From: a virus
Taxonomy: Duplodnaviria > Caudoviricetes
Length of the DNA stretch: 35,489 nucleotides
IMG/VR virus record: IMGVR_UViG_3300020044_000658
Location: 1 to 35,489 of that record
Strand: one strand, 5' to 3'
Each line of letters starts with the position of its first letter. Position 1 is the stretch's first letter. Position numbers and translations under genes: made by a program. Positions 1-7,063 of the stretch are shown here, one piece after another. The notes beneath the pieces were generated by a model that was not told the DNA's origin, did not search any database, and saw nothing but the letters and a program-made list of their open reading frames with translations.

Positions 1-107
1 TTAAATGGATAACTAGATATCCACAGAATTAAGTGCATTAAAGTATTACAGACCTACTTATGCACAGGAATCTGTGGATAAGGTTGGCCAAAATCCGTGG
101 ATAACCC
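1..107. repeat. 107-bp inverted copy of 34580-34686 carrying a DnaA-box cluster
   Basis: Reverse complement of 1-107 aligns to 34580-34686 with 6 mismatches by manual alignment. DnaA-box-like 9-mers at 17-25, 58-66, 73-81 (perfect TGTGGATAA) and 96-104. Confidence 0.9.
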
Positions 108-318
108 TGAGGTGACTTACCTTCAACGACCTTGCCAAGCTGAGAATGGTTTCTCCTTGTAAGAGTCTGTCTAGCATGGCAATTTCGCCACCGGCAGCGT
201 GAATCTTCTTGTTGACATCGGTGGCTTCTTTGCGCACAAGAGCTGCTTGCTCTTTCAATCCCATTTGTCTGGCTGCAATGTTGTCAGCCACCTCTGCCAG
301 TGTTTTAGCTTTTGCCAT
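58..318 (-). pseudogene. terS: Truncated second allele of terminase small subunit (N-terminal ~70 aa, then runs into the inverted segment)
   Basis: MAKAKTLAEVAD...KIHAAGGEIAMLDRLLQGETILSLARSLKVSH aligns with MARNTLAEIAD...AIHKFGGEDAILEFIASGGTISALCKVLGVG of 34731-35219. Same position after VRR-NUC, offset 34,901. Confidence 0.75.
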
Positions 319-588
319 TCAAATACCCTTCAATGATTTTGATTGCATCTGGCGCTGATCTTGAGACCAGGCACAGATATCCTTTTGCGTTTAACTGCAA
401 ACCCACAGAGCTTTGTTTCTCTGAAACCACTCCGGCCTTGGTCTTCATCTCAATAAAAAGCCCGTGAAAGCCATTTTTAGGCTCTAAGACGCACAGATCA
501 GGCATCCCTGCTAAAACCCCTTCAGAATGCAATCTGACGCGCTCTGAAGCGCTTCTATCGCCTCCATTGGGTATTGCTGCAATGATGA
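305..588. repeat. Diverged terminal direct repeat, matching 35206-35489
   Basis: 481-588 is nearly identical to 35382-35489; identity decays toward terS; constant offset of 34,901 bp. Confidence 0.9.
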
Positions 589-679
589 CCTCCGGATAGA
601 ACGCACGAATGTGTTGCACCACCTTGACCTGGTCAATGTGTTCAATGCTTTTTCGTTTGCGCTTTATGTCAACCACCAT
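305..679 (-). CDS. VRR-NUC family endonuclease (Holliday-junction-resolvase-like)
   Basis: IPNGG.R...EGVLAGMPDL...LFIEMK....SEKQ motif. ATG at 679 chosen over the longer track ORF. Confidence 0.85.
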   Translation of the reverse strand: MVVDIKRKRKSIEHIDQVKVVQHIRAFYPEVIIAAIPNGGDRSASERVRLHSEGVLAGMPDLCVLEPKNGFHGLFIEMKTKAGVVSEKQSSVGLQLNAKGYLCLVSRSAPDAIKIIEGYLNGKS

Positions 680-1008
680 GATTCGGATTCTACTGCCGTG
701 GCCTTGGCTTGAAACAAGTGGCATCGATGTTTGACATCGGTCGGGAATGTGGCGAGGCCAGTCTGGCTGCATTGATGTTCGGACCATGTGATGGTTGCCC
801 ATCCATTCCTAATCTTTGCCTGGTCAAACATCCACTGCAATGGTTTTGAGTTGACCTTCCTGTGCCTTTCCATCTGTTCTGCTGGCATGGACTGGCGCTG
901 CTCCACTTCTACCGCCTTACTGCACTGGTGGCAGAAAACGCGCTCATCTTCGACCCATTTGTCAGATTGTGGATAACTTGTGGATAACTTCTCAATTTGA
1001 TTGACCAT
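664..1008 (-). CDS. Hypothetical Cys/His (putative zinc-binding) protein downstream of the primase
   Basis: DERVFCHQC...HQC...KHRCHLF; GGAGG RBS just upstream of the ATG at 1008. Confidence 0.65.
   Translation of the reverse strand: MVNQIEKLSTSYPQSDKWVEDERVFCHQCSKAVEVEQRQSMPAEQMERHRKVNSKPLQWMFDQAKIRNGWATITWSEHQCSQTGLATFPTDVKHRCHLFQAKATAVESESWWLT
968..987 (-). promoter_or_regulatory. Two tandem perfect DnaA boxes (TTATCCACA x2)
   Basis: TGTGGATAA at 968-976 and 979-987; a third perfect box at 1111-1119. Confidence 0.7.
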
Positions 1009-1025
1009 GCAAAACCTCCAAAAAG

Positions 1026-1216
1026 GGTGAAAAGTAAACCGGTATGACCAAAGGAAATCTACCGCTTTACCGCTTTACTTTTCACCATGACAAAACTGAC
1101 CAGATTGGCCTGTGGATAAGTGGGTCTAAGGACCCCCACTTATACCAACAGACCTGCCTTTATCTAAACCGGTATACCGGTTTACTACCGGTTTACTACC
1201 GGTTTACCGGTTTACT
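1026..1216. other. Putative replication origin: iterons, palindromes and a DnaA box
   Basis: 19-bp inverted repeat 1026-1044/1068-1086 (1 mismatch); perfect 20-bp palindrome TAAACCGGTATACCGGTTTA 1165-1184; ACCGGTTT(ACT) x4 at 1176-1216; directly downstream of the primase-helicase stop. Confidence 0.7.
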
Positions 1217-3380
1217 TTATTTGAACCCACCCAGTGCCTGCTTGGTCCATTGCAAAGCGCTGAAAGATGGCGGCTCCGACTGCCCGTCTTGCATAGCTTT
1301 GGTCAGCCATTGGCACGGCCTGATAGATGTCAGCCCACTCCAGCTGGTGCATTGATTGCAGTTCTTTTGGCACAGCTGGCCTGCCAGAGCCTCTGCGCAT
1401 AATGACCGCGCCTTTGGCATTGATGATGGATTGGACAAAGTTGCAGGCAGCGTCTGCTGCATCTTGGACTTGCTGCTGCTTTTTATCGTTCTGCCGGTCA
1501 TTGGCTGCCTGCCGTCTGTCTTCCTCTGACGATACTTGTGGGACCACCAGCAGCACCATCTGCTCTTGGATATCCCCGTCTTCATCAAGCACAGTGTCGG
1601 CAAAGACATCTGATTGGAATTTGATTTCTCTGAAATTGGGCTGGTAACGGGTCTTGACCAGGCGCATATATCGGGTCTTGGTCTCGTCTTCAAACAGAAT
1701 GCCGGTGAGGGTTGCATCGCCTGTGAATGCTGATGCTCCACGGGCTGTGGCATCTGAGTCTGACTTGGATATGGTCTTATTGGTGTGAGTAATGATGCAG
1801 ACTGGCGTGTCCAGTTGGATGTAAATGGTCTGCTTTAGGGCTGCAATATATGCACCGACTTCTGAGTTGTCATTCTCATTATCAATATCCATTGTCGCGT
1901 TTGCCGTATCAAGCACCAATAATGGCCGGACATTATCTATTGTGTGGTAAATCACATTATGTGCAAGCATCAATAAATCTTTGACATTAGACCTCTTGGC
2001 ATCGATGATGACAAACCAGTCTGATAAATCAGAAGCACTAATCCCATAATGCCTTGCATACCCTGTTAGAGTTCTTTCGACTTGGTCCGAGTCTTCAGTC
2101 CCTATGATTGTTTTGCGTTTCTTGGTGGCAGTAAGTTCACAGTCCTTGGCCTTTAGTCCGGCCATGACCATGCACAGACTGATGACTGCTGTGGTCTTAC
2201 CTATGCCAGGCTGACCGGCCAAGACCATGAAACTATGCGCCCAGAAGCCTTTGACCATGTAGCGAATGGGCCTGATCTGGCCAATGGATAGCTGGCGCTC
2301 TGGCCAGCCTTTGACTTCTGGTGCATCGGTTGTGGCTGGCGCTTGGCCAATGACCGCTGCAAAGTCTTCCACCGCTGACTTGCGCTCGGCCTGCTTAGTT
2401 GGCGGCTCCCAGCCATTGTCTTTCGCGTGTTTGAAGAGTGTGCCAATGCCAACACCTTTGCCCTGGTGAAAGCTCTTCCAGTGGGTCTCAATGTCTTTTG
2501 TGCCTGCAAACTTGTTGCCGGCCATGGACCATGTCATCCATGGGCCAAGACCAGCCTCCCCAAATTCGGTGTGCAGCGCTTGGCCCAGCTCAATCCACTG
2601 GTCATAGTCGCAGTCTGGGGAAATATGGTGCAAAGCCTTGACCGCACGATCAAGATCGCTGTCATCAAGTCTTGAGCCTAATTGGGTGAAGTCAAATGAT
2701 TGTGTAGGTGGTGCAGGCTTTGGCTCTTGCAGCTGGTGCTGCTCGATGATCCCCCAGTCCATTAACAATTCATGCAAATTGACGGCCTCTTGGAATTCAC
2801 CGACCACAGATTTGCCACTGAGTAGGACTGACTTTCCGGCACTGTTTGGCAGGCCGAATACCTCAAGCTCTTGGCCACCACCCAGTTTGTATTTGGGCAG
2901 CACTAGGTCAGATTCTTTGGGTGGTTGCACCCATAAGAAGACATGACGGCCACGGCCTGAGACAGAAACCTCGGTCAGCATCTTGTTAGTCTTGACATAC
3001 TTGGCCATGCGCTGAATGGCCACGTTGGTGGGGCCAGAGGCGTGTTTCATATCCACATCAAGGCAAACCAAATAGTTCCCTGATGCGCTGATGATGGGGC
3101 GCTGCTGGACTAGGCCAAGATATTGGCCATGTGGGGCATCTTCCATGGTCCAGACATCTTCAGCGTTGTACAGATCGGTTGGGTCTGTATCCCGTGCCAC
3201 GCCTTGGCCAGATCGCTTGTAGGGGATTTTTTTAGAGCCTTGCAGGGCAAAGGTACAGAAGACGGCATCGGGGGCCACAGCGCCTATTTTGCAGGCAATG
3301 CTTTGGGACTGCTGAAATGTGTCGTTTTGGGGTGTTTCAGTTATGATTGGCACTGAAATTCCTTTAGTTGGGGGTTTCAT
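1212..3380 (-). CDS. Primase-helicase: AEP/Prim-Pol N-domain, PriCT-2, RepA/AAA_25-type helicase
   Basis: CLDVD, EVSVSGRGRHVF; DYDQWIELGQALH...W.TWS...W.SF...GIGTLF (PriCT-2); Walker A GQPGIGKT, Walker B LLVLDT. Alternative GTG start at 3353 with AAAGGA RBS. Confidence 0.88.
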   Translation of the reverse strand: MKPPTKGISVPIITETPQNDTFQQSQSIACKIGAVAPDAVFCTFALQGSKKIPYKRSGQGVARDTDPTDLYNAEDVWTMEDAPHGQYLGLVQQRPIISASGNYLVCLDVDMKHASGPTNVAIQRMAKYVKTNKMLTEVSVSGRGRHVFLWVQPPKESDLVLPKYKLGGGQELEVFGLPNSAGKSVLLSGKSVVGEFQEAVNLHELLMDWGIIEQHQLQEPKPAPPTQSFDFTQLGSRLDDSDLDRAVKALHHISPDCDYDQWIELGQALHTEFGEAGLGPWMTWSMAGNKFAGTKDIETHWKSFHQGKGVGIGTLFKHAKDNGWEPPTKQAERKSAVEDFAAVIGQAPATTDAPEVKGWPERQLSIGQIRPIRYMVKGFWAHSFMVLAGQPGIGKTTAVISLCMVMAGLKAKDCELTATKKRKTIIGTEDSDQVERTLTGYARHYGISASDLSDWFVIIDAKRSNVKDLLMLAHNVIYHTIDNVRPLLVLDTANATMDIDNENDNSEVGAYIAALKQTIYIQLDTPVCIITHTNKTISKSDSDATARGASAFTGDATLTGILFEDETKTRYMRLVKTRYQPNFREIKFQSDVFADTVLDEDGDIQEQMVLLVVPQVSSEEDRRQAANDRQNDKKQQQVQDAADAACNFVQSIINAKGAVIMRRGSGRPAVPKELQSMHQLEWADIYQAVPMADQSYARRAVGAAIFQRFAMDQAGTGWVQIK

Positions 3381-3405
3381 TGTGAGTTGCCTTGAGTTGA
3401 CTTTG

Positions 3406-3442
3406 GCCTGGTAGTGTTAACGCGCTACCAGGCTTTTCTTTT
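3406..3442 (+). terminator. GC hairpin with T-tract on the + strand
   Basis: GCCTGGTAG (3406-3414)/CTACCAGGC (3425-3433) followed by TTTTCTTTT. Confidence 0.5.
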
Positions 3443-3458
3443 GGCAGGGATGTGAATT

Positions 3459-4472
3459 CTATTCCTTCGCCTTTTCTTTGACTAGGGATGGGGCAGCCTG
3501 TTTCTCACCGACTAAGTCTTCGCTGACCTCGACACCGAGTTTTAAGACGGCACTGGGGCTTTTGAGTTCCCAGGCAGTTGGCATATCTTTGAATGCTTCC
3601 ATGACCAGCGCCTCATCCTTCCAAAATTTGGTCTTACGGCCTGCGCGCATGGTCCAGCCGGTGATTGCTTGGCCATTGGCCAATTGGTCTTTGGCAGCAG
3701 ACTGCACTGCATCGGCCCATGCGGCCACCAGAGCTGCGTTGTCTAGCATCTCTGGGGTAACAGTCGTGTCTGGCTTGAAATCGCTTCTAGCGACCTCTTG
3801 GACTTTCTGGCGCATGGATGGACAAATGGTCTTGGCCTTGCAGTACCGGCAGGCGTCAACGCTTGGGTTTGTAGGTGCATCGCCTGTGAGCGCCAGCTCG
3901 GCAGCGGCCTTGAGTCTTTCGCCATGCTCGACCAGCTCTTGGCCAGACACTGTCCACTTGCTGTGACCCACACGGGGCTGGAATATGTGCATGGTGCAAG
4001 TGATGTGGCTGGGCGCTTTGAATTGCCTCATGGCTCCCAGTGCATAGGTCAGCAGCTGCTTGTTGTCTGTGGCATCCACAGCCACTCGGCCAGTCTTTAG
4101 GTCAACGACATGAAGATGGTCCCCATCGACCAGGACTGCATCGGCCGTGCCACCAAGTGCTGGATGCAGAGACTTCAAGCCTTCATCTAAGTTGACCTCA
4201 ATGAGCTTCTTTCTGGGGTTTTCCACCAGCGTATTGACAAAGTCGGCATAGGCTTGGGCCATGGCCACATGGTCCTGATCAGTGCCAGCTGGCACTTCCT
4301 TGCCAGACAGAATGAGTTCTGACAGCTCATGAATCGCTGTGCCAATGGCAGCCGCCTCACCTGCTGGCTCATAGGGCATGAGGGATTCAAGGCGATAACT
4401 GCCTGGGCATTGCATGAATCTGTCTGTGCGTGATGCTGAGAGGCGGGCGTGTTTTCTGGTTTCGTGTTGCAT
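3459..4472 (-). CDS. DUF2800 / Cas4-like PD-(D/E)XK nuclease
   Basis: HARLSAS...CPGS; GTAIHELSE; GGTADAV; VVDLKTG; QLLTYALGA; C-terminal CRYCKAKTICP. Confidence 0.85.
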   Translation of the reverse strand: MQHETRKHARLSASRTDRFMQCPGSYRLESLMPYEPAGEAAAIGTAIHELSELILSGKEVPAGTDQDHVAMAQAYADFVNTLVENPRKKLIEVNLDEGLKSLHPALGGTADAVLVDGDHLHVVDLKTGRVAVDATDNKQLLTYALGAMRQFKAPSHITCTMHIFQPRVGHSKWTVSGQELVEHGERLKAAAELALTGDAPTNPSVDACRYCKAKTICPSMRQKVQEVARSDFKPDTTVTPEMLDNAALVAAWADAVQSAAKDQLANGQAITGWTMRAGRKTKFWKDEALVMEAFKDMPTAWELKSPSAVLKLGVEVSEDLVGEKQAAPSLVKEKAKE

Positions 4473-4487
4473 GGTTTTTTCTCCTGG

Positions 4488-5714
4488 TTAAATGATTTGA
4501 TTGACGACATTGAGCTTCTTTAAAACCTTGGCCAAGACATTGTGGTCCAGACTGGCTTTGATGGTCAAAATGTAGATGACGGGTGGAATGCCTGACTTGT
4601 TGATGTTTTCCACACGGCTGCTGGCCTGCTCCAGTGCTGATGTGGACCAAGTGCATTCGACAAAGACAATGGTGTCGGCAGCGGATAGGTCTACACCTTC
4701 AGACATGGCGGCAATATTGCCAATGATGCATTTGGTCTGGCCAGACTGAAAGTCTTTGAGCGCCTGGTCGCGCTTCGGTCTTGACGTTTCACCCGTAATA
4801 ACTACGGGTTTGTGTTCCTTCAGCTCATCTTGCAGCGCTTGGACCACATCCTTGTGGTGCGCAAAGACCACCACCGGCTCATTGGCCTGGAGCAAATCAT
4901 CGATGAATTCACTGGCAGCCTTGACTTTGCGCATCCCAGCTTCCCGCATGATCTCGGCCAAGCCTTCAAAGGCCATGAGCGCGTTGGGATTGGCCATCAA
5001 GGCATCGGCATCAAAGGCTTGCTCTCGCTTGTCATTGGCCAGATCAAACGTGATCAGACTGACCTGTGGGTCTTTGTAGTCTTTGAAGATGTTTTCTTTT
5101 TTGCGTCTCAGCACATGGGGCTTCATCAATTCTTTGAGTTCGACCAGGTTAGACGCGCCACTGGTATCTAGGCCCCATGGCGCGACCCACATCTTTGCGT
5201 ATCGGCCTGCAAAGTCGTACCAGCCACCTCTGTAAATGCCAAGGCCGTGCAAGATGGGCCACAGCTCAATCGGCCTGTTTGGGATGGGTGTGCCACTGAG
5301 TGCATAAACATGGCCAATCTTTTTCATGGCCAGCATTGCAGCCTTCGTTCTTTGGGCCTTTGGATTCTTAATCCTGTGGCACTCATCCAAAACCAGTGTG
5401 TTATATCTGTCCACTTGCGTAACACCATATTGCAAAACATCGTAGTTGATGATGGTGATATCTGCACTGTTTACCTCTGAAGCCTCACGTTTTCCATTGA
5501 CCACATGGACCGAGACGTTGGGGGCCAGCTTGCTGAAAGCCGCCTCCCAGACTGTCTTGGCAATGGCTGGGCAAACGATCAGGGCCGGTAGGTTTTCAAG
5601 TGCAGCAGCTGCTGTGGGTAGCGTCTTGCCGACTCGTGGCTGGTCGGCCAAGATGGCCCTTCGCCTGGAAAGCAAGAAGAGTTTGGCCTCTTGCTGATGG
5701 GGGAATAACTGCAT
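4488..5714 (-). CDS. SNF2-family (SF2) helicase
   Basis: LFPHQ Q motif, PRVGKT, DECH, LSGTP, EGVDL, QASSR. Confidence 0.9.
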   Translation of the reverse strand: MQLFPHQQEAKLFLLSRRRAILADQPRVGKTLPTAAAALENLPALIVCPAIAKTVWEAAFSKLAPNVSVHVVNGKREASEVNSADITIINYDVLQYGVTQVDRYNTLVLDECHRIKNPKAQRTKAAMLAMKKIGHVYALSGTPIPNRPIELWPILHGLGIYRGGWYDFAGRYAKMWVAPWGLDTSGASNLVELKELMKPHVLRRKKENIFKDYKDPQVSLITFDLANDKREQAFDADALMANPNALMAFEGLAEIMREAGMRKVKAASEFIDDLLQANEPVVVFAHHKDVVQALQDELKEHKPVVITGETSRPKRDQALKDFQSGQTKCIIGNIAAMSEGVDLSAADTIVFVECTWSTSALEQASSRVENINKSGIPPVIYILTIKASLDHNVLAKVLKKLNVVNQII

Positions 5715-5738
5715 GATCGTTTCCTCGTTTTAAGTTGT

Positions 5739-5766
5739 TTGCATCATATCCGATTTGTGCTAAAGT
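5739..5766 (+). promoter_or_regulatory. Putative sigma70-type promoter for the SSB gene
   Basis: TTGCAT-16 bp-TAAAGT with extended TGn, in the divergent intergenic region, followed by a TTTCTGT/ACAGAAA hairpin. Confidence 0.4.
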
Positions 5767-5824
5767 GCAATTTCTGTTTGACGACAGAAACGTAAAAACC
5801 TTAAACCCTTAAAAGGAAAAAACC

Positions 5825-6391
5825 ATGACCAGAGTCGTAACCGGCAAAGTTCGTTTCTCATATTTCTCAGCATTGACTGCTCGTAAGAATGAGATGAACG
5901 GCAAAGAAGAGTTCTCAACGCAAGTGCTTGTCCCAAAGACAGACACCGAGACTGTGAACCAATTGAAAGCGGCAGCCAAGGCCGCATTGACCGCCAAGTT
6001 CGGGGACAAAATCCCAAAGACTGTGCGCAATCCCTTGCGTGATGGCGATACAGAAGTCAAATCCGATGGATCACCACTGGGGCCAGAGTATGCAGGGCAT
6101 TACTTTTTCAACACCAAAAGCACCAACAAGCCTGGTGCAGTGGATGCCCATGGCCATGACATTCTTGGATCACAAGATATTGTCTCTGGCGACTATGGCC
6201 GCGTGTCTTTGAATGCCTATGCTTATGACCAGGCAGGCAACAAGGGCGTGTCGTATGGTTTGAACAACATCATGCTTTTGTCAAAGGGTGACTCGCTGGG
6301 TGGTGCAAAGCCATCAGCTGCCAGTGACTTTGGCGTGGTGGCCGGTAAGAGCGCGCCAGCCGCTGCCGAATCAGTCGATAACGACTGGTGA
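5825..6391 (+). CDS. ssb: DUF2815 family single-stranded DNA-binding protein (T7 gp2.5-like fold)
   Basis: VTGKVRFSY, NPLRDGD, SGDYGRVSLN.YAY, GNKGVSYGLNNI; acidic/aromatic C-terminus DNDW; AAAGGA RBS. Confidence 0.88.
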   Translation: MTRVVTGKVRFSYFSALTARKNEMNGKEEFSTQVLVPKTDTETVNQLKAAAKAALTAKFGDKIPKTVRNPLRDGDTEVKSDGSPLGPEYAGHYFFNTKSTNKPGAVDAHGHDILGSQDIVSGDYGRVSLNAYAYDQAGNKGVSYGLNNIMLLSKGDSLGGAKPSAASDFGVVAGKSAPAAAESVDNDW

Positions 6392-6571
6392 TTTGTTGAT
6401 CAGCTTCTCAAGCGCCAAGTGCAATTGATTGACTGATGTCCACAATGGCTCCACAGTTCCACTCAGCCACCGGCTGACTTGGGACTGCTGGATGCCAGCC
6501 TCATCGCACACGGCAGACATGGTGATTTTGTGAGCCTTGGCCCTTGCCCTGATAGTGTGAATTGATTCCAT
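6371..6571 (-). CDS. XRE/Cro-like HTH transcriptional regulator
   Basis: ITMSAVCDEAGIQQSQVSRWLSGTVEP helix-turn-helix; divergent from the + strand early genes. Confidence 0.8.
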   Translation of the reverse strand: MESIHTIRARAKAHKITMSAVCDEAGIQQSQVSRWLSGTVEPLWTSVNQLHLALEKLINKSPVVID

Positions 6572-6686
6572 GGCCGCATTCTAATTGCGCTATATGCAAA
6601 AAAACAACATGGACAGAATTACTTCTTGCAAGATAATTAAATTCTGTCAGACTCCGTTACTCCTATTACTAAACACTGGAAACGAC

Positions 6687-6779
6687 ATGAAACAGAAAAT
6701 CATTACCACCCTGATCGAATGGACCTTGGCCATCATTATTTTTGGTGGCATTGGCGTGATGCTGGCTTGGAGGGGTTGA
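6687..6779 (+). CDS. Small single-TM protein (30 aa)
   Basis: MKQKIITTLIEWTLAIIIFGGIGVMLAWRG; GGA RBS; abuts the next gene. Confidence 0.6.
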   Translation: MKQKIITTLIEWTLAIIIFGGIGVMLAWRG

Positions 6780-6781
6780 TC

Positions 6782-7063
6782 ATGAACTACGGCCCAACAC
6801 CCAGCTGCCCCAGAGGCTTGTTCCAGTTTGAATGCTGCATTGAAGATGTGGACCTTATATGCTTTCTGGAATACAGCCCAGAAGAAAAGGGATCAGTTGA
6901 TTCCCTTGGCTCACCTTATGAGCCTGACTTTGAAGAGTGCATGACTCTCAATAACGCATACATTGCCGACACTGATGTGGACATTGCCCACATGATCTTG
7001 CAAGGCTTTGTGGACCACATTGAATTGTCTGCTTTGGGGAAATATAAGGATGGTGATGAATGA
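6782..7063 (+). CDS. Hypothetical acidic phage protein
   Basis: GGAGG RBS, ATG at 6782; stop overlaps the methyltransferase starts. Confidence 0.7.
   Translation: MNYGPTPSCPRGLFQFECCIEDVDLICFLEYSPEEKGSVDSLGSPYEPDFEECMTLNNAYIADTDVDIAHMILQGFVDHIELSALGKYKDGDE

Noticed and set aside
1-107. True inverted terminal repeats of a linear protein-primed genome
   Set aside because: The partner copy is about 800 bp inside the right end, there is no protein-primed polymerase, and the phage has TerS/TerL/portal packaging.
1165-1216. Short repeats as a mini-CRISPR
   Set aside because: The units are 8-11 bp and contiguous, with no spacers; they fit iterons.
3459-4472. Cas4-like nuclease as evidence of a CRISPR system
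   Set aside because: No repeat-spacer array or other cas genes; DUF2800 is a standard phage replication/recombination gene.
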